A stretch of DNA of 64,000 bases from the human T2T-CHM13v2.0 reference genome, Homo sapiens, in NCBI RefSeq assembly GCF_009914755.1, contig NC_060926.1; one strand, given 5' to 3'. Positions within the stretch are counted from its first letter, which is position 1. Every line of letters starts with the position of its first letter. Made by a program: the position numbers and the translations under genes. Under the pieces are notes generated by a model. The model saw nothing but the letters and a program-made list of their open reading frames with translations, made no database searches and was not told where the DNA came from. This document shows positions 43,400-55,097 of this stretch, in pieces.

Positions 43400-44260
43400 C
43401 TGAATCCGTGCGTTTATCAATTTCATCATCCCCATACCCCTGCCGGGTTCCTGGCGCTGGGTAAACCGACAGCATCATGTTGCCATCGATGCGTCTTACA
43501 AGATGGTTTTGGGCAAATCCCCTAAAGTAGGCAGAAGCAAAAACTAGGTTCCTCTGCCCGGGCACCTCCTCCTCCAGGCTGGCCCCCGGCCTCCCGGGTG
43601 CCCCTTACCTGCAGGCGCTCCGTGGCCGGCTGCCACATCTTCCAGCCCTGGGTTTTGGCAGAGGAGACGCTGGCGAGACTGTCGATCGCGCCGGGGGGCG
43701 AGGGGCTGGGGTCCCGCTTTACATCTGGGGTCGGTGTCCGCGGGATGTGCGTCCTGGCGCTGGCCACCGCCGCCGGGTGGGCGTAGGGGGCTGCGAGCAG
43801 GAGGAGGCGCGGCGCTCAGCTGCCGGCAACTTGTGGGCACGGCCGCGCGCCGGCTGTCCTGGCGCAGCTGCGAGAGGACTGCGCAGCTCCGCCCGGGCCC
43901 GGCGAGCGCGCGGCGGCGGCGGGGGCGGCCGCTCCCTCCTCCCCCGCCGCCGCCGCCCGGACCTGCGCGCTCTGAGCATGCCCGGGGCGGGCGCCCAGGG
44001 GCCGCGCGGGGCGGGAGTGCAGCGCGGCCGACTCTAAATCCTAGTGAGGGGTGAATGGGGAGGCTAGAACAGCCGGCCCTTCCCTGCAGGAAGCCCCCAT
44101 TGGGTTGGGGTCTGGGAAAAGGGACAGACTGGCTGAGGGGGGAAGGGCCTGGAGCCGGGGGTGGTGGGGGCAGCGGGGATGTCGGGGGTGGCGGGGGTGG
44201 GGGAAATTCCTAAAATAAGGAAACCGTAGCCCCGGGGGTCCCGGGTTTCCATATAACAGG
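43400..44260. promoter_or_regulatory. PID1: CpG island / PID1 promoter and 5' UTR
   Basis: Abrupt GC- and CpG-rich block in a CpG-poor background. GC boxes (GGGGCGGG at about 43984 and 44007) and EGR/SP-type GCGGGGGCG at 43919-43927. No obvious TATA box. Encloses the first coding exon. Confidence 0.9.
43609..43638 (-). CDS. PID1: PID1 first coding exon (MWQPATERLQ), phase-0 donor
   Basis: Minus strand reads ggaagATGTGGCAGCCGGCCACGGAGCGCCTGCAG|GTAAGG inside a CpG island. The 10-aa peptide matches the recalled PID1 N-terminus. Downstream exons (HFQTMLKSKL...) are not in the window. Confidence 0.92.
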
Positions 44261-44309
44261 CATCTCTGAAGTGCCTGTGCTGTGCCTGGCGCTGTGCTAG
44301 GGAGACACT

Positions 44310-44640
44310 TCCATTCATTCTTCCCACTCCAGTTAACTGAGCATCTATTAGGCTCCAGCCCCTATGCTGGGTTCTGAGGATGCAGCGACGCAGAATAGAA
44401 GACAAGAGAATGTTCCTTCTCTCTGGAGCTTACCTTCTGCTTTGGAGAGAGAGTCGTGACTGAGCAAACACATCAACAAGCCGGTGCTATATCGGGTGGT
44501 GATAAAACAGGGCAGATGTGGGAAGAAGGGGAGAGGAGAGCTTCTTAGACAAGGGCCCTGGGGAATGCCTGGAGTAAGACCTGAGAGATGAGAGGGATTG
44601 GCCACGAAGAGGCCATGCTTCATGATGGGGAGAGGACTCG
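44310..44640 (-). mobile_element. L2 fragment
   Basis: cattcattc...actgagcatctattaggc...ctggagcttaccttct. Confidence 0.65.
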
Positions 44641-45177
44641 ACTCCTAACCTATACAGGGGTGAGGAGGGCCATGCAGACTCCCGAATCACTAACTCATCC
44701 TGAGATCTGCCAGGTGCAGCAGGAGGCTCTCAGAACCCAAGGGAAAGCCGCTCTGGGCTCGCAGGCCTGGAGGCTCCCCGGCTAGTGCCGGCCACCATGA
44801 GATGACTTCCTGTCCTAAACAGGCCAGCCCTTCCCATTCTCTTGACAACTCGGCAAAATAACTATTAATATTTTCACCATGTGGATCAAACAAATGAGGC
44901 TTATAAGGTTTAGGTCACTTGTCCAGGTCACACAGCCAGTGAGTGGCTTAGAGAGTGCACAGTCAGATGACTTCAGGGCAGGAGATGTGGCCCTGCGCCT
45001 CTAACTGACCATGGAAACCCAGTGGAAAGAGCATCCGTCTAGGGCTGGGGGTTAAAGGCACTTGGCAAGTCAGGGATACTAAGCTGATTCTGGAGCTGAT
45101 GAAGAGTGGGAGAGGAGAACATGGTGGGAAGAACTCAGGACATAGAATGACCAAAGAGAGGAGCAGAGAGAACACAA

Positions 45178-45798
45178 TGTTTGTGGGGAGCCCTAGGCTC
45201 CTACAAGGCAGGGTCCTGAGAGCAGAGGGGTGTGAAAGAGAGGCATTTCATACTGAGACAGCTGCACAGCTTGGGCCGTGAGCTACTCATGCAATGTCAA
45301 AATCCACACTCCATGTCTGGAAGGAGGATCTGTCCATTTTCCTTGTTCTGCATGACTACAATGATTTCCAGATATGGAACCACTCCAGAATCTAACCCTC
45401 AGCTCATCGGACCCTCGCAGCAACTCTCCGTGGGACAGAAGCCCCTATCTCCCAAGGCTTGGGGAGCACAGGGTTCACAGAGTCACACTGTGGGGAGTTA
45501 CAATGGCGATTCAGATCCAGGATTCCAGGCAGATCCTTCTGGACCCTGCGGTTGCTATGTTGGTGCCACCAGCCTTGGCAAGCCCAGGACCCTCAGTGCC
45601 TCTAGGAGCCTCTGGCAAAGCCACAGAGCTGCCTCTGAAGAGCTTGTCTCTGTCTCCCTGGATATCCACAGGACCCTCCCACTCCTGCCTGATAACCACC
45701 TGAACCTTCTCAGCTCCTTCTCCAGTTCCTGCTACTTGTTCTGAACTTATTAATAAATCTCTTTTCATGAGGTGTTTGCCTGTCAGCCCGCACAGACA
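45178..45798 (+). mobile_element. Possible old ERV LTR
   Basis: TG...CA bounds, AATAAA at about 45752 followed by a short U5-like end; family not identified. Confidence 0.35.
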
Positions 45799-47139
45799 TG
45801 TGCCTCACATGCTTGGTGATATGGTCTCTGTTTGCTTTTCCGGTAACTCCTCCTGCACACCTCCACACCTACAAAATTCCTTATGACCTTCCCAGCCCCC
45901 AGTTCTCTTTTATCAAATCCCAAAGTAGAAAGAAATGCAATTCATTACAAAAATCTAGAAAATCCAGACATGCATATAAACCCCACCCCCCAACCCCCCC
46001 AGGAAGCTAAAACAGGAATATTCAGTTGCCAGGGATGTCTTCAGACTTAAGCTCTGAAACCATCCTTGCTTGCAGATGCTTCCGTGGAAAAGTGATTTTG
46101 TTTTAAATAGCAGTGGAATGAGTTAACGGCCTAAATTCAAATCGCATTAGAGCGTTAAATCCTGTCTTCTCACCTCCAAACGTAATTAATTGTTATGACT
46201 CAGTAATACAGCTTTTAGTACGGAGTATGGTGCTATTTAAAGAGAAAAAGCTTTGGCTCTGTAAAGATTGCTTTCAGTTACCGTTCCCACTTTGCAAACA
46301 GATTTGGTAAAGTAAAGAATGTATTTAAACTCAAATGGCACTCCTGTTTCAATTACCTTTATGCCACGAATCAGGAAGCTAGGGGAGGGGGTGGAGGAGG
46401 GGCAATTGCAGGCTTGTGGGAGGTGACAAAAGGATGGGACAACCTCCCACTCATAGATTTTGCTCCCAAGTCTTCCCATTCAGGAGGAGCCTGCAATGAA
46501 GGGTGAATGAAATAGAGACATCTGCTGGCTAGAGATGAGACCTGCATGCCAATGTCTCCCAGCTCTGTTCTGTGACATTGGAACCTCATCCTTCCTGGTG
46601 AATCTGAAAATGCTGCCTTACGATGTAAACAGGTTTGTTCTGAGCAAGAAACCACCCTTAAAATGAGCAGAAGGTGTTTTGGTGCAATGAGTAGAAATAT
46701 TAGGCATGTAAATGTGTGCCTAATTTCATGTACTTAGTCTCCTGCAATTACCGAAACAGGTCTAATCTTGTCAATAAATACCATTTGAAGGCAAATGACA
46801 GAAATCAAAAAAGCTTGACAAGGCACAGATGCGTTATTCACACATTTGGTTCAGAAAAATAATTACAGCATCCCTAGAAATTGTGTTAAGCCAGATTTGA
46901 TCTAGTTCATGGTTCTGAGCCCTAGCATAAGCAACCTCAATGTCCAAGTCAGAGTAATGGTGAATGAAAGTATGGTCCAGCATATCAAAGAAATATTAAA
47001 ATATTATGCAGCATTTAAAAGGATAATTATAAAGTTGTGTTGCAGCTGAAAATGATACAATTATGGTTTTTAAAGTAGGATAAAATGTATATAATTTGAA
47101 TATATGTATAAAATATGTATCAATCTCAGTAAATGTTGG

Positions 47140-47350
47140 AAAGGAGCTAGGACAAGCAGAAGACTCAGGTTGAATCCCAGCCTTCGAACTGTCTACCTAG
47201 GTATCAGCTTTTCACAAGTCATTTGCCTTGCTGAACCTCAGATTTCTCTTCTATAAAATGGGTGATAATATTACTTAATACTTAGGATTTTGGGGAGGAG
47301 TGAATGAATTAATATGTGCAGCATGCCTGACACATGGTAGGTGTGTGGGA
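47140..47350 (+). mobile_element. MIR
   Basis: ggttgaatcccagcc...ctgaacctcagatttctcttctataaaatggg. Confidence 0.75.
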
Positions 47351-47535
47351 AACATTCGTTTTCATCCCCATTATGTTTCTTTCTCTTTTTATTATTGGAA
47401 TGATCCAATTCTCACAAAGCGGCCCATGCTTCTTGTGGTTACACTATTTCCATTTGGAATATTTGTGGGTTTCAATTATTTGCTTTAGATTCTCAAATAA
47501 AAATGACAAAGGATATTCAAGCTCACTTACGATTC

Positions 47536-47822
47536 TTTTTTCTTTTTTGAGATGGGATCTCACGCTATCGCCCAGGCTGGAGTGCAGTGGCGCGATCTCG
47601 GCTCACTGCAACCTCAACCTCCCAGACTCAAAGCAATCCTTCCACCTCAGCCTCCTGAATAGCTGGGACTACAGGTTTGTGCCACCACACCCAGCTAATT
47701 AAAAAAAAAATTTATGGAGATAGAGTATTGCTGTGTTTCCCAGGCTCCCTGGGCTAAAGTAATTCACTTGCCTTGGCCTCCCAGAACGCTAGGATTACAG
47801 GCATGAGCCACCATACCTGGCC
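47536..47822 (-). mobile_element. AluJ
   Basis: Antisense dimer with J-type features. TSD cacttac(g/a)attct at 47524-47536 and 47823-47835. Confidence 0.9.
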
Positions 47823-48154
47823 CACTTACAATTCTAACTTAAGCAGATGACAGCAAAATTTATTATGGTTGTGTATTTAGCAGAATTATCATTAAAAAGC
47901 CCTTGTTATGGTATCACTAACCTTATTTCAAAATCACCAAAACAGCTGTATATAAATGAGCAATATAAAAAAGTCTGAAAATTCATTCGACCATTTAAAC
48001 CTCCCAGTAGTGACAGAACCACTGGCTTTCGTCCCTACAGAGTGATAGGAATGTATTGGGATGTTAAGATGACGCTTAACAGGGTAGGACTGGCTCATTC
48101 GTGTGTTGTGACTCTCCTACTCTTGACTCCTCATATCCTCACAAACCTTAGACA

Positions 48155-48694
48155 CCTGATAGATTATTTTCAGAAATGCCCACAAAAATCTCCCCTCCCC
48201 AAGGAAGTCATGCCCATTTGCACTGTAACTTGCCTGCTTCTCTCATCATGAGATGCAATCTGTCCACATTCCTTGAATCTGTGCTGGACTTGTGGCATAC
48301 TTGACCAATAAAATGCAGCAGATGTGACACTGTGGAACTTCTGAGCTTGGGCCACAAAACACTTTGCAGCTTCTGCTCTCACCCTTTTGGAACATAAGTC
48401 ATCCTATGAAGGAGCCTGGACTAGACTCCTCAAGATGAGAACAACACAGAGGGAGGTCAGACCATGAGTTAGCACCCACAGCCAGATATGTGAGTAAGGT
48501 CATCTCATAACACCCAGCTCAAGCCACTACACGACAGCAGCCACATGGGTGATCCCATGTGGGTCCCACCAGTGGAAGAACCACCCAGCTGAGACCTGCC
48601 AACTGCTGACCCACAGAATCATGAGTACATAACAAGGTTGGGTTTTATCCCTTAAGTTTTGGGTGGTTTGTTAGGTAATAATAGAAAACTGATA
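48155..48694 (+). mobile_element. MLT1F/G/H-like LTR
   Basis: ccttgaatctgtgctggacttgtg...ttgaccaataaaatgcagcagatgtgac...cccacagaatcatgag...ttttgggtggtttgtta. Confidence 0.78.
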
Positions 48695-49574
48695 GAGAAA
48701 ACATCACTAATAAGTGTCTGTCTTTCCCGCTAAACACACCCTTCTCAACATTTCCTAACAACCAATTGATCAGGGTTAGCAGTAAAATGAAGCCTAATAG
48801 TCTAACATAAAAACTTATTTCCTCTTTTGGTTTTATTTCTGCTCTCACAATTCCCTCATACACACCTCCATCCTAGTCTCAGATTGTGTGGGCCCTGTAT
48901 CCAAGTCCCATCTGTTAAATTTTCTAGTAAGTCCCTCTGAAAAGAAGATGGGAATTGGGCTGGGCGCCAGCCATATAATGATTAAGATGAATTTATTTTC
49001 TGGCACAATTTGCAATAAACATGAACATATCTGCTCTTTTACAGCCCTTCTCACCCTCTCAGCGACACTGTCTCTAGACAGCTATCTGCCCATCATTTTG
49101 GATGGGTAAATACAGCTCCTCTTTCACTTAGAGCCTGGGGGAATTGAGAGTGAAATGGAGAGTGGTGTTTAGATTTGCCTTCACCACATTTAGCCCAGAA
49201 AGGGGCAACTCTGCACTATTAATGTTCTCTGTGGTTTCTAAGGGTCCTTGTCCTCATCTGTATTCGTGATGAAATGATTAGCTCTATGATCCCAAATACA
49301 TTCTCATGGGGACTTGTGTGAAGCCACACCTTATGCTATCTTCCCACTTCATCCTTTCTCCATCTGAGCTGACTTCACACAAAAACCAATCTTCCTTTGC
49401 TTCTATTTTTTTCTCCCTTTTCTTCCCACTTTCATTATCAAAGCCAAGAATTACTTATCCTAAAACCTATAGGAAATGTTTGGGCATAACTTATAGAAAT
49501 TAGGTTGTCTAGAAAAAAAGTCTCCACAATAAGAAAGATGATTCCTGATCTACCCTGGCCTTTGCTTAACTCAA

Positions 49575-49632
49575 AACCTCCATGTACAATTGTGCAGTGC
49601 ACAACCTGCGCTGCTGAACATGGCAGCCCTGG
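49575..49632 (-). mobile_element. MER91-like hAT-Tip100 fragment
   Basis: ttgtgcagtgcacaacctgcgc...ggcagccctg. Confidence 0.55.
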
Positions 49633-49939
49633 CTAGACTACTTTTTCTCTGCATTTCATTCAGAGATCCACAGGACTACTCCATCATAAAATCATAAGGG
49701 AGTGGTGTAGATAAAGTTGGTGACCCTATGGATAAGAATTGGAGAGAGGTAAGGATAAATGAAATCTTCATCTTTAACAAGCTCTACCTGGATTGCAGGA
49801 AGAGTACTGCAAAAACTGTGGCTATATAGTCTGTCCTCTGTTTTTACTGGTCATATTGTAAGTGGCAGCAAGAAAGCAGGAAATCATCAATGACCTCTTA
49901 AAGTGCTGAAAACATTCAGGATTTATCTGTTGGTAGTGG

Positions 49940-50940
49940 TGTAGTGGATGTTGCAGCATGCCATCCAGATACCCCCTTCAGGAGCACTGAGTTCATTGCC
50001 TCAGCAGCCAGGAACATCAGATGATGCTGGGAGTGTGAGCCAGTGACCCCGTCTGAGTCCCTCTCTTGGCATTGCCTTCGGCCAAAGAGAGCTGACTTGC
50101 TCAAGGTTTTGCTCCCTCCCTTGATGCAACCCACCTCCAAAGGCCGGCTAGTGTGGGGGTGTGAAGGCCTCAATGGGGGACAATCGTGGAGGGCCATCCC
50201 TACTCTAGAGCCTCCTATTGGATCAGCCAAATCTCAGTTGCAGCTGCCTCAAGAGTCCAGCTTCTCTTCTCATTCAAAATTCCTCATTTGCTTCCAGATT
50301 CTTAAGTAGGCATTTGGAAGTTGGACCACCCACTGGATAGTAGCAGGTAGAGTACTGCTCACTGCTGGGAGGTGGTAGGGTAGCAGGGCTATTGTTAAAC
50401 CTTTCACCAGTGGTGAACTGAAATGGAATACAAATGGAAGGAAATGTGCTGATAGGTGCACTGCCCCCAAGCATTAGAGAGACTTAGGGGAAATAGTAAT
50501 TATAAGGATTACAGAGTCAGGTGGTTATTGCTGAGTGCTGTGGATGCATCAGAGAAAGACATGGAAATGCTGCTAGTGATTATGGCTCGTATGAAAGCCA
50601 GGGTGCTCCTTTGCAGCATATACAGAGACCCTCATCTCCTGCAGCTAAATGAGGGAGAAAGCTGAGGATCAGGTCCAGGAATTCATTATACAGACAGTGG
50701 AGCTCCAGAGAAGATTGAATTCACCAGTCCAGTAAGTGTTGTGGCAAGTTCAGAACCTTTAATGGGAAGGAGTGAAACCCTGAGGCTTAGGTTGTGAACA
50801 CAGGTTTCTGCCCTTTGGAAATCTTGAGCTCCCAGGTTCTTCCATCTCTCTGCACCTTGAGAAATGGCCCACTTCTCTATTGAGAGTAGTGCCGCTTTCC
50901 TTGCTCGTGAAAGATGCATCTAACTCTGCTTTGCAAGATA
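49940..50940 (+). mobile_element. LTR16-like ERVL LTR plus HERV16/ERVL internal fragment
   Basis: tgtagtggatgttg...gcattgccttcggccaaagagagc...ggccatccctactctagagc, then decayed gag-like sequence (GNSNYKDYRVRWLLLSAVDA). Confidence 0.65.
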
Positions 50941-50944
50941 ACTA

Positions 50945-52875
50945 TTTTAACATAATTGATTTTTATAAAACACTGCACATGACAAAAGCAGAATACACAC
51001 TCTTTTAAAGTGCAAATGGACATTCACTAATATAGACCATACACTGCTTCATAACACAAGTCTTAGTAACTTTAAGAGAATTGGAATCATACAAAATATG
51101 GTCTCTGACCACAACAGAATTAACTTAGACATGGATAACAGAGAGATGCTTTGGAAAATCTGCAAATATTTAGAAATTAAACAATACACTATTAAATAAT
51201 CTGTGGTTTAAAGAAAAAAATCACAAAGAAAATTTAAAAATATGTTTAGTTAAATAATAATAAACAACCAGCCTATCAGAAATGTTGTATGCAGCAAAAG
51301 CAGTATTCAAGAAGAATTTAGAACTTATATTTAGAAAAGAAAAGATGTCTACGATCAGTTATCTAAGCTTCTGCCTTAAGAATCTGGAAAAAAGAAAGAG
51401 CCATCTCATGGGGACTTTTCAGCATTGCTGCTTGGAACATAAAATGGCACAACCATTTCAGAAAACGGTTTGGTAGTTTCTTATAAAGTTGAGCATATGC
51501 TTATCATATGACCCAGCAATTCCACTTCTAGGTGTTTACCCAAGAAAAATGAGAACATATGTCCACACAAAGATGCAAGTATTTATAGCAGCTTTATTCA
51601 TCATAGGCCAAATTGTAAACAACCTAAGCATTGATCAACAGGTAAATAGCCTAACATATTGTGGTACGTCCTTACGGTAGAATACTTCTCAGCAGTAAAA
51701 GGGAACATGCCACGAGCAAATGCAATGACATGGATGAACCTTAAAAACATTATGTTGATTACTTTAAAAAGCTCAACATCACTGACCATTAGAGAAATGG
51801 AAATCAAAACCACAATAAGATACCATCTCACGCCAGTCAGAATGGCTATTATTAAAAAGTCAAGAAAGAAGAGATGCTGGGAAGGCTGTGGAGAAATAGG
51901 AATGCTTTTACACTGTTGGTGGGAGTGTAAATTAGGTTAACCATCATGGAAGACAATGTGGTGAGTCCTCAAGGATCTAGAACCAGAAATACCGTTTGAC
52001 CCAGCAATCCCATTACTGGGTATATAGCCACAGGAATATAAATCATTCTATTTTAAAGATATAGGCAGGCGTACGGTCATTGCAGCCCTATTCACAATTG
52101 CAAAGACACGGAATCAACCCAAATGCCTAGCAATGATAGACTGGATAAAGAAAATGTGGTACCTCTACACCATGGAATACTAAGCAGCCATAAAAAGGAA
52201 TGAGATCATGTCCTTTGCGGGGACCAGGATGGAGCTCGAAGCCATCATCCTCAGCAAATTAAAGCAGGAACAGAAACCCAAACACCACATGTTCTTACTT
52301 GTAAGTGGGAGATGAACAGTGAGAACACATGGACACAGGGAGAGGAACAACACACACTGGGGCCTGTGGGGGGTGGTGCTGCAGGAGGCTGCAGGAGGGA
52401 GAGCACCAGGATAAATAGCTGATGCATGCGGGGCTTACTACCTAGGTGATGGGTTAATAGGTGGAGCAGAGCACCATGGCACACGTTTACCTATGTAACA
52501 AATCTGCACATCCTGCACATGTATTCTGGAACTTAAAATTATTTTTAAAAACATTATGCTGAGCAAAAGAAACTAGATACAAAAGACTCCATATTATATA
52601 ATTCCATTAATATTAAATTCTAGAACAGGCAAAGCTTATATATAGACACATAGTGATGGAAAGAAGATTAGTAGTTTCTTAGGATTGGAGGTGGGGAATC
52701 CCAGGGGGCGGGTGGTAATTGAATACAAGTGGACATGAGGGAGCTTTCTGAAATAATGGAAATATTCCTGATTTTTATTGTGATGGTGATGAATCAAAAC
52801 TCACCAAACTGTACACTTAATGCACATGCATTTAATTTCATGTAAATTATACCTCAAAAGAATTTATTTTAAAAA
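50945..52875 (+). mobile_element. Old L1M (ORF2 fragment and 3' end), interrupted by L1PA
   Basis: gcagaatacacactc...tctctgaccacaac, atgacccagcaattccacttctagg, aactcaccaaactgtacactta. Confidence 0.8.
51762..52545 (+). mobile_element. 5'-truncated L1PA (older primate subfamily)
   Basis: ORF2 C-terminus ([24 protein letters not shown]...CWWECK) plus 3'UTR. TSD aaaaacattatg(t/c)tga at 51743-51758 and 52547-52562. Confidence 0.9.
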
Positions 52876-52884
52876 TTATTTTTG

Positions 52885-53390
52885 ATTTAAGTGATAGCCA
52901 TGCCCAGTTACTTCTGATTTCACATGCTGAGAGGTCAGCAGTCAAGAAAAATACTGATCCTGCTGCAGGGGTCATTGACCTGCATTATGGAGAGGATGTA
53001 GGGCTGCTCCTATAAACACAGGCAGGGAGGCCTTCATTTTGACATTCATGTGATACACTAGGGTGTCTCTTAGAACTCCCCTGCCCAGTTTTAACAGTAA
53101 ATAAATAAATGCAGCAGTCATGGCCTGAGAAGGACATGGTGACCAGGAGTTGAGGTCCCTTCAGGTATGATGGCCCGGGTCATCTCATCAAGTGAACTGC
53201 TAAGACCAGCTGGGTTGCCAGCCGAGGTTGAATCAAACCTGGAATGGGTAACTAAGGAGGGAGATGATGCGCATCAGTGGGGCCTTGACTCCAGGTCACG
53301 GTGCATTGATGAGGCTGTGCTGACTCCCACTCATCTTTCCTTATAAGCTTCCTCAGGGAAAGAGACCTGTAAGAAACCTGGAGCCTCCAG
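52885..53390 (+). mobile_element. ERVL/HERV16 internal 3' fragment
   Basis: gcaggggtcattgacc...gtagggctgctcc...gcagcagtcatggcctgagaaggacatggtgacc; probably continues the element starting at 49940. Confidence 0.55.
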
Positions 53391-54977
53391 AGTCAGACAG
53401 ACCTGAGTTCAATTATCATTCCAAAAGCTCACCGGAAACTAAAACCACAGAAACAGTCCCACTTAATCTTTACATAAATACAATGTTCTAGAATTTTTAA
53501 ATTTTGAATATTTTAATGGAGGGTCATATTCTGTCCTACTGACAATACATTAAACATTGGGCCCTCCATGTTCCCACTACGATCGCTGCAGTCAGCAGGC
53601 AGTCACCCTTGCTTCCTTGGGCTACCTACAGTGAGTCAATGTTCTCATCTTTCCTTCTCTGATATATAATTCTTCAATGGAATTAAAAATCCAGTTTTAG
53701 AACATTGTGTGGAATCAAGGGATACAGTGGAAATGTTTCCAAGTTTTAGTCTCTGGCGAGTTACTGAGCCTTTCACTATTTAGCTTCAGGGTTGAGATCC
53801 ATCATTTTGCAATTCTGAGATTCCCCTCCACCCACTGAAAGGATCATTAATATTATAAGAGTGGATAAGGAAAGAGTCCTTGCTTTGTTAATCTACGGTA
53901 TGTTTAACATGAATTTATAAACATCATAAACATTCCTCCTTAATCACTGTCCTGTGATGTCCTCATGAAATGTAAGAAAGCTTATGGTCTTCAAACATCA
54001 ATAAGGACAGGCGTGTGTGCAGAGTCCGGGTCTGGATACCAGCCCCATCCCTGCCACTACAGCACCAGGTGACTTTGAGAAAGTCACTTCACCTCTCAGT
54101 CTCATTGTCTTCATCTGTAAAATAAATGATTTGGATTCGTTTACCTCTAAGCTCTGCTCGAGCTTTAAAATTTTATTATTCTATTCTTTGGCTAATGATC
54201 CCATTAAAAGTATATAATGTAGTACATCAATAACACTAATGGGATTCTTTAAGGCCCATGACTGCTTCACATTTCTTCACCATCATTCAAATCTATTTTC
54301 AGAATAGGAGTAGCTGTGTGATTTGCCCTTTGGGGATCTCCAACTCCAAATATGGTGCATAAGGTTAAGGAGCGAGATTAGAAGTTATTTTATATCCTAA
54401 TATGTTGGTAGAAGGCAAAAAGGAAATCTCATCCCATAAAATAATGAATCCTTGGTTGCTAAGAACATCATTGTTATACTGCTAGTGGTGGTAGTATCAG
54501 TCCCGACAAGTTTCCCTAGAACTGGATAATTTCAAACACAAACTACTTCAGTGGGATTCCACCTAATGGGTTCCATTTGTGAGTCCAGTTCCATTTATCC
54601 TGTCGTATTTTCCATAGGATGTTATCATCCTTGACCCTCATTTCTGCCTAACATCCATCTAGCTGTCCTCTAGCCATGGTTTAAATGTATAGCGAGTGAT
54701 TGCTAAGAACAGTAACTTTATTTTCTGAGCCAAAAATAAAAAAAAAACAGTAACCTTATTTTCTGAGTATTGGGATTACTCGGAATTCTGTACCTACCTA
54801 GTAGCAAGAAATTTTCCCGTGAAATAGTACTTGAATTCTCAGCACAGATTATAGTTTATGTGGACAATGGATAGAATATTTGAAATCGGAATGATTGTAT
54901 TTCTAATGTCCCTACCAATGCCCAGAAACCGTGGTAGTGTGATTCTAACCATGTTCAAACCATAATAACAATCACTA

Positions 54978-55097
54978 ATAGGTTGGCGCAAAAGTAATTA
55001 CAGTTTAATGGAAAAACCACAATTCCTTTTGCACCAACCTAACAGCTATTACGTTTACTTTTAATGGCAAAACTACAATTGCTTTTACACCAACCCA
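54978..55097. mobile_element. Tandem MADE1 (Hsmar1 MITE): internally deleted copy plus right-half copy
   Basis: taggttggcgcaaaagtaatt...aattccttttgcaccaacctaa, then ttacttttaatggcaaaactacaattgcttttacaccaaccca. Confidence 0.88.

Noticed and set aside
43544-44054. Multiple overlapping Arg/Pro/Gly-rich ORFs
   Set aside because: A by-product of stop-codon scarcity in a CpG island. Only the MWQPATERLQ frame has a donor and a recognised product.
44209-44260. CArG/MEF2-like boxes cctaaaataagg and ccatataacagg
   Set aside because: Spacing is CC-N8-GG rather than CC-W6-GG, and the MEF2 TAR end is missing.
45232-45744. 170-aa ORF, the longest in the window
   Set aside because: GTG start, lies in a probable old LTR, and has no recognisable homology.
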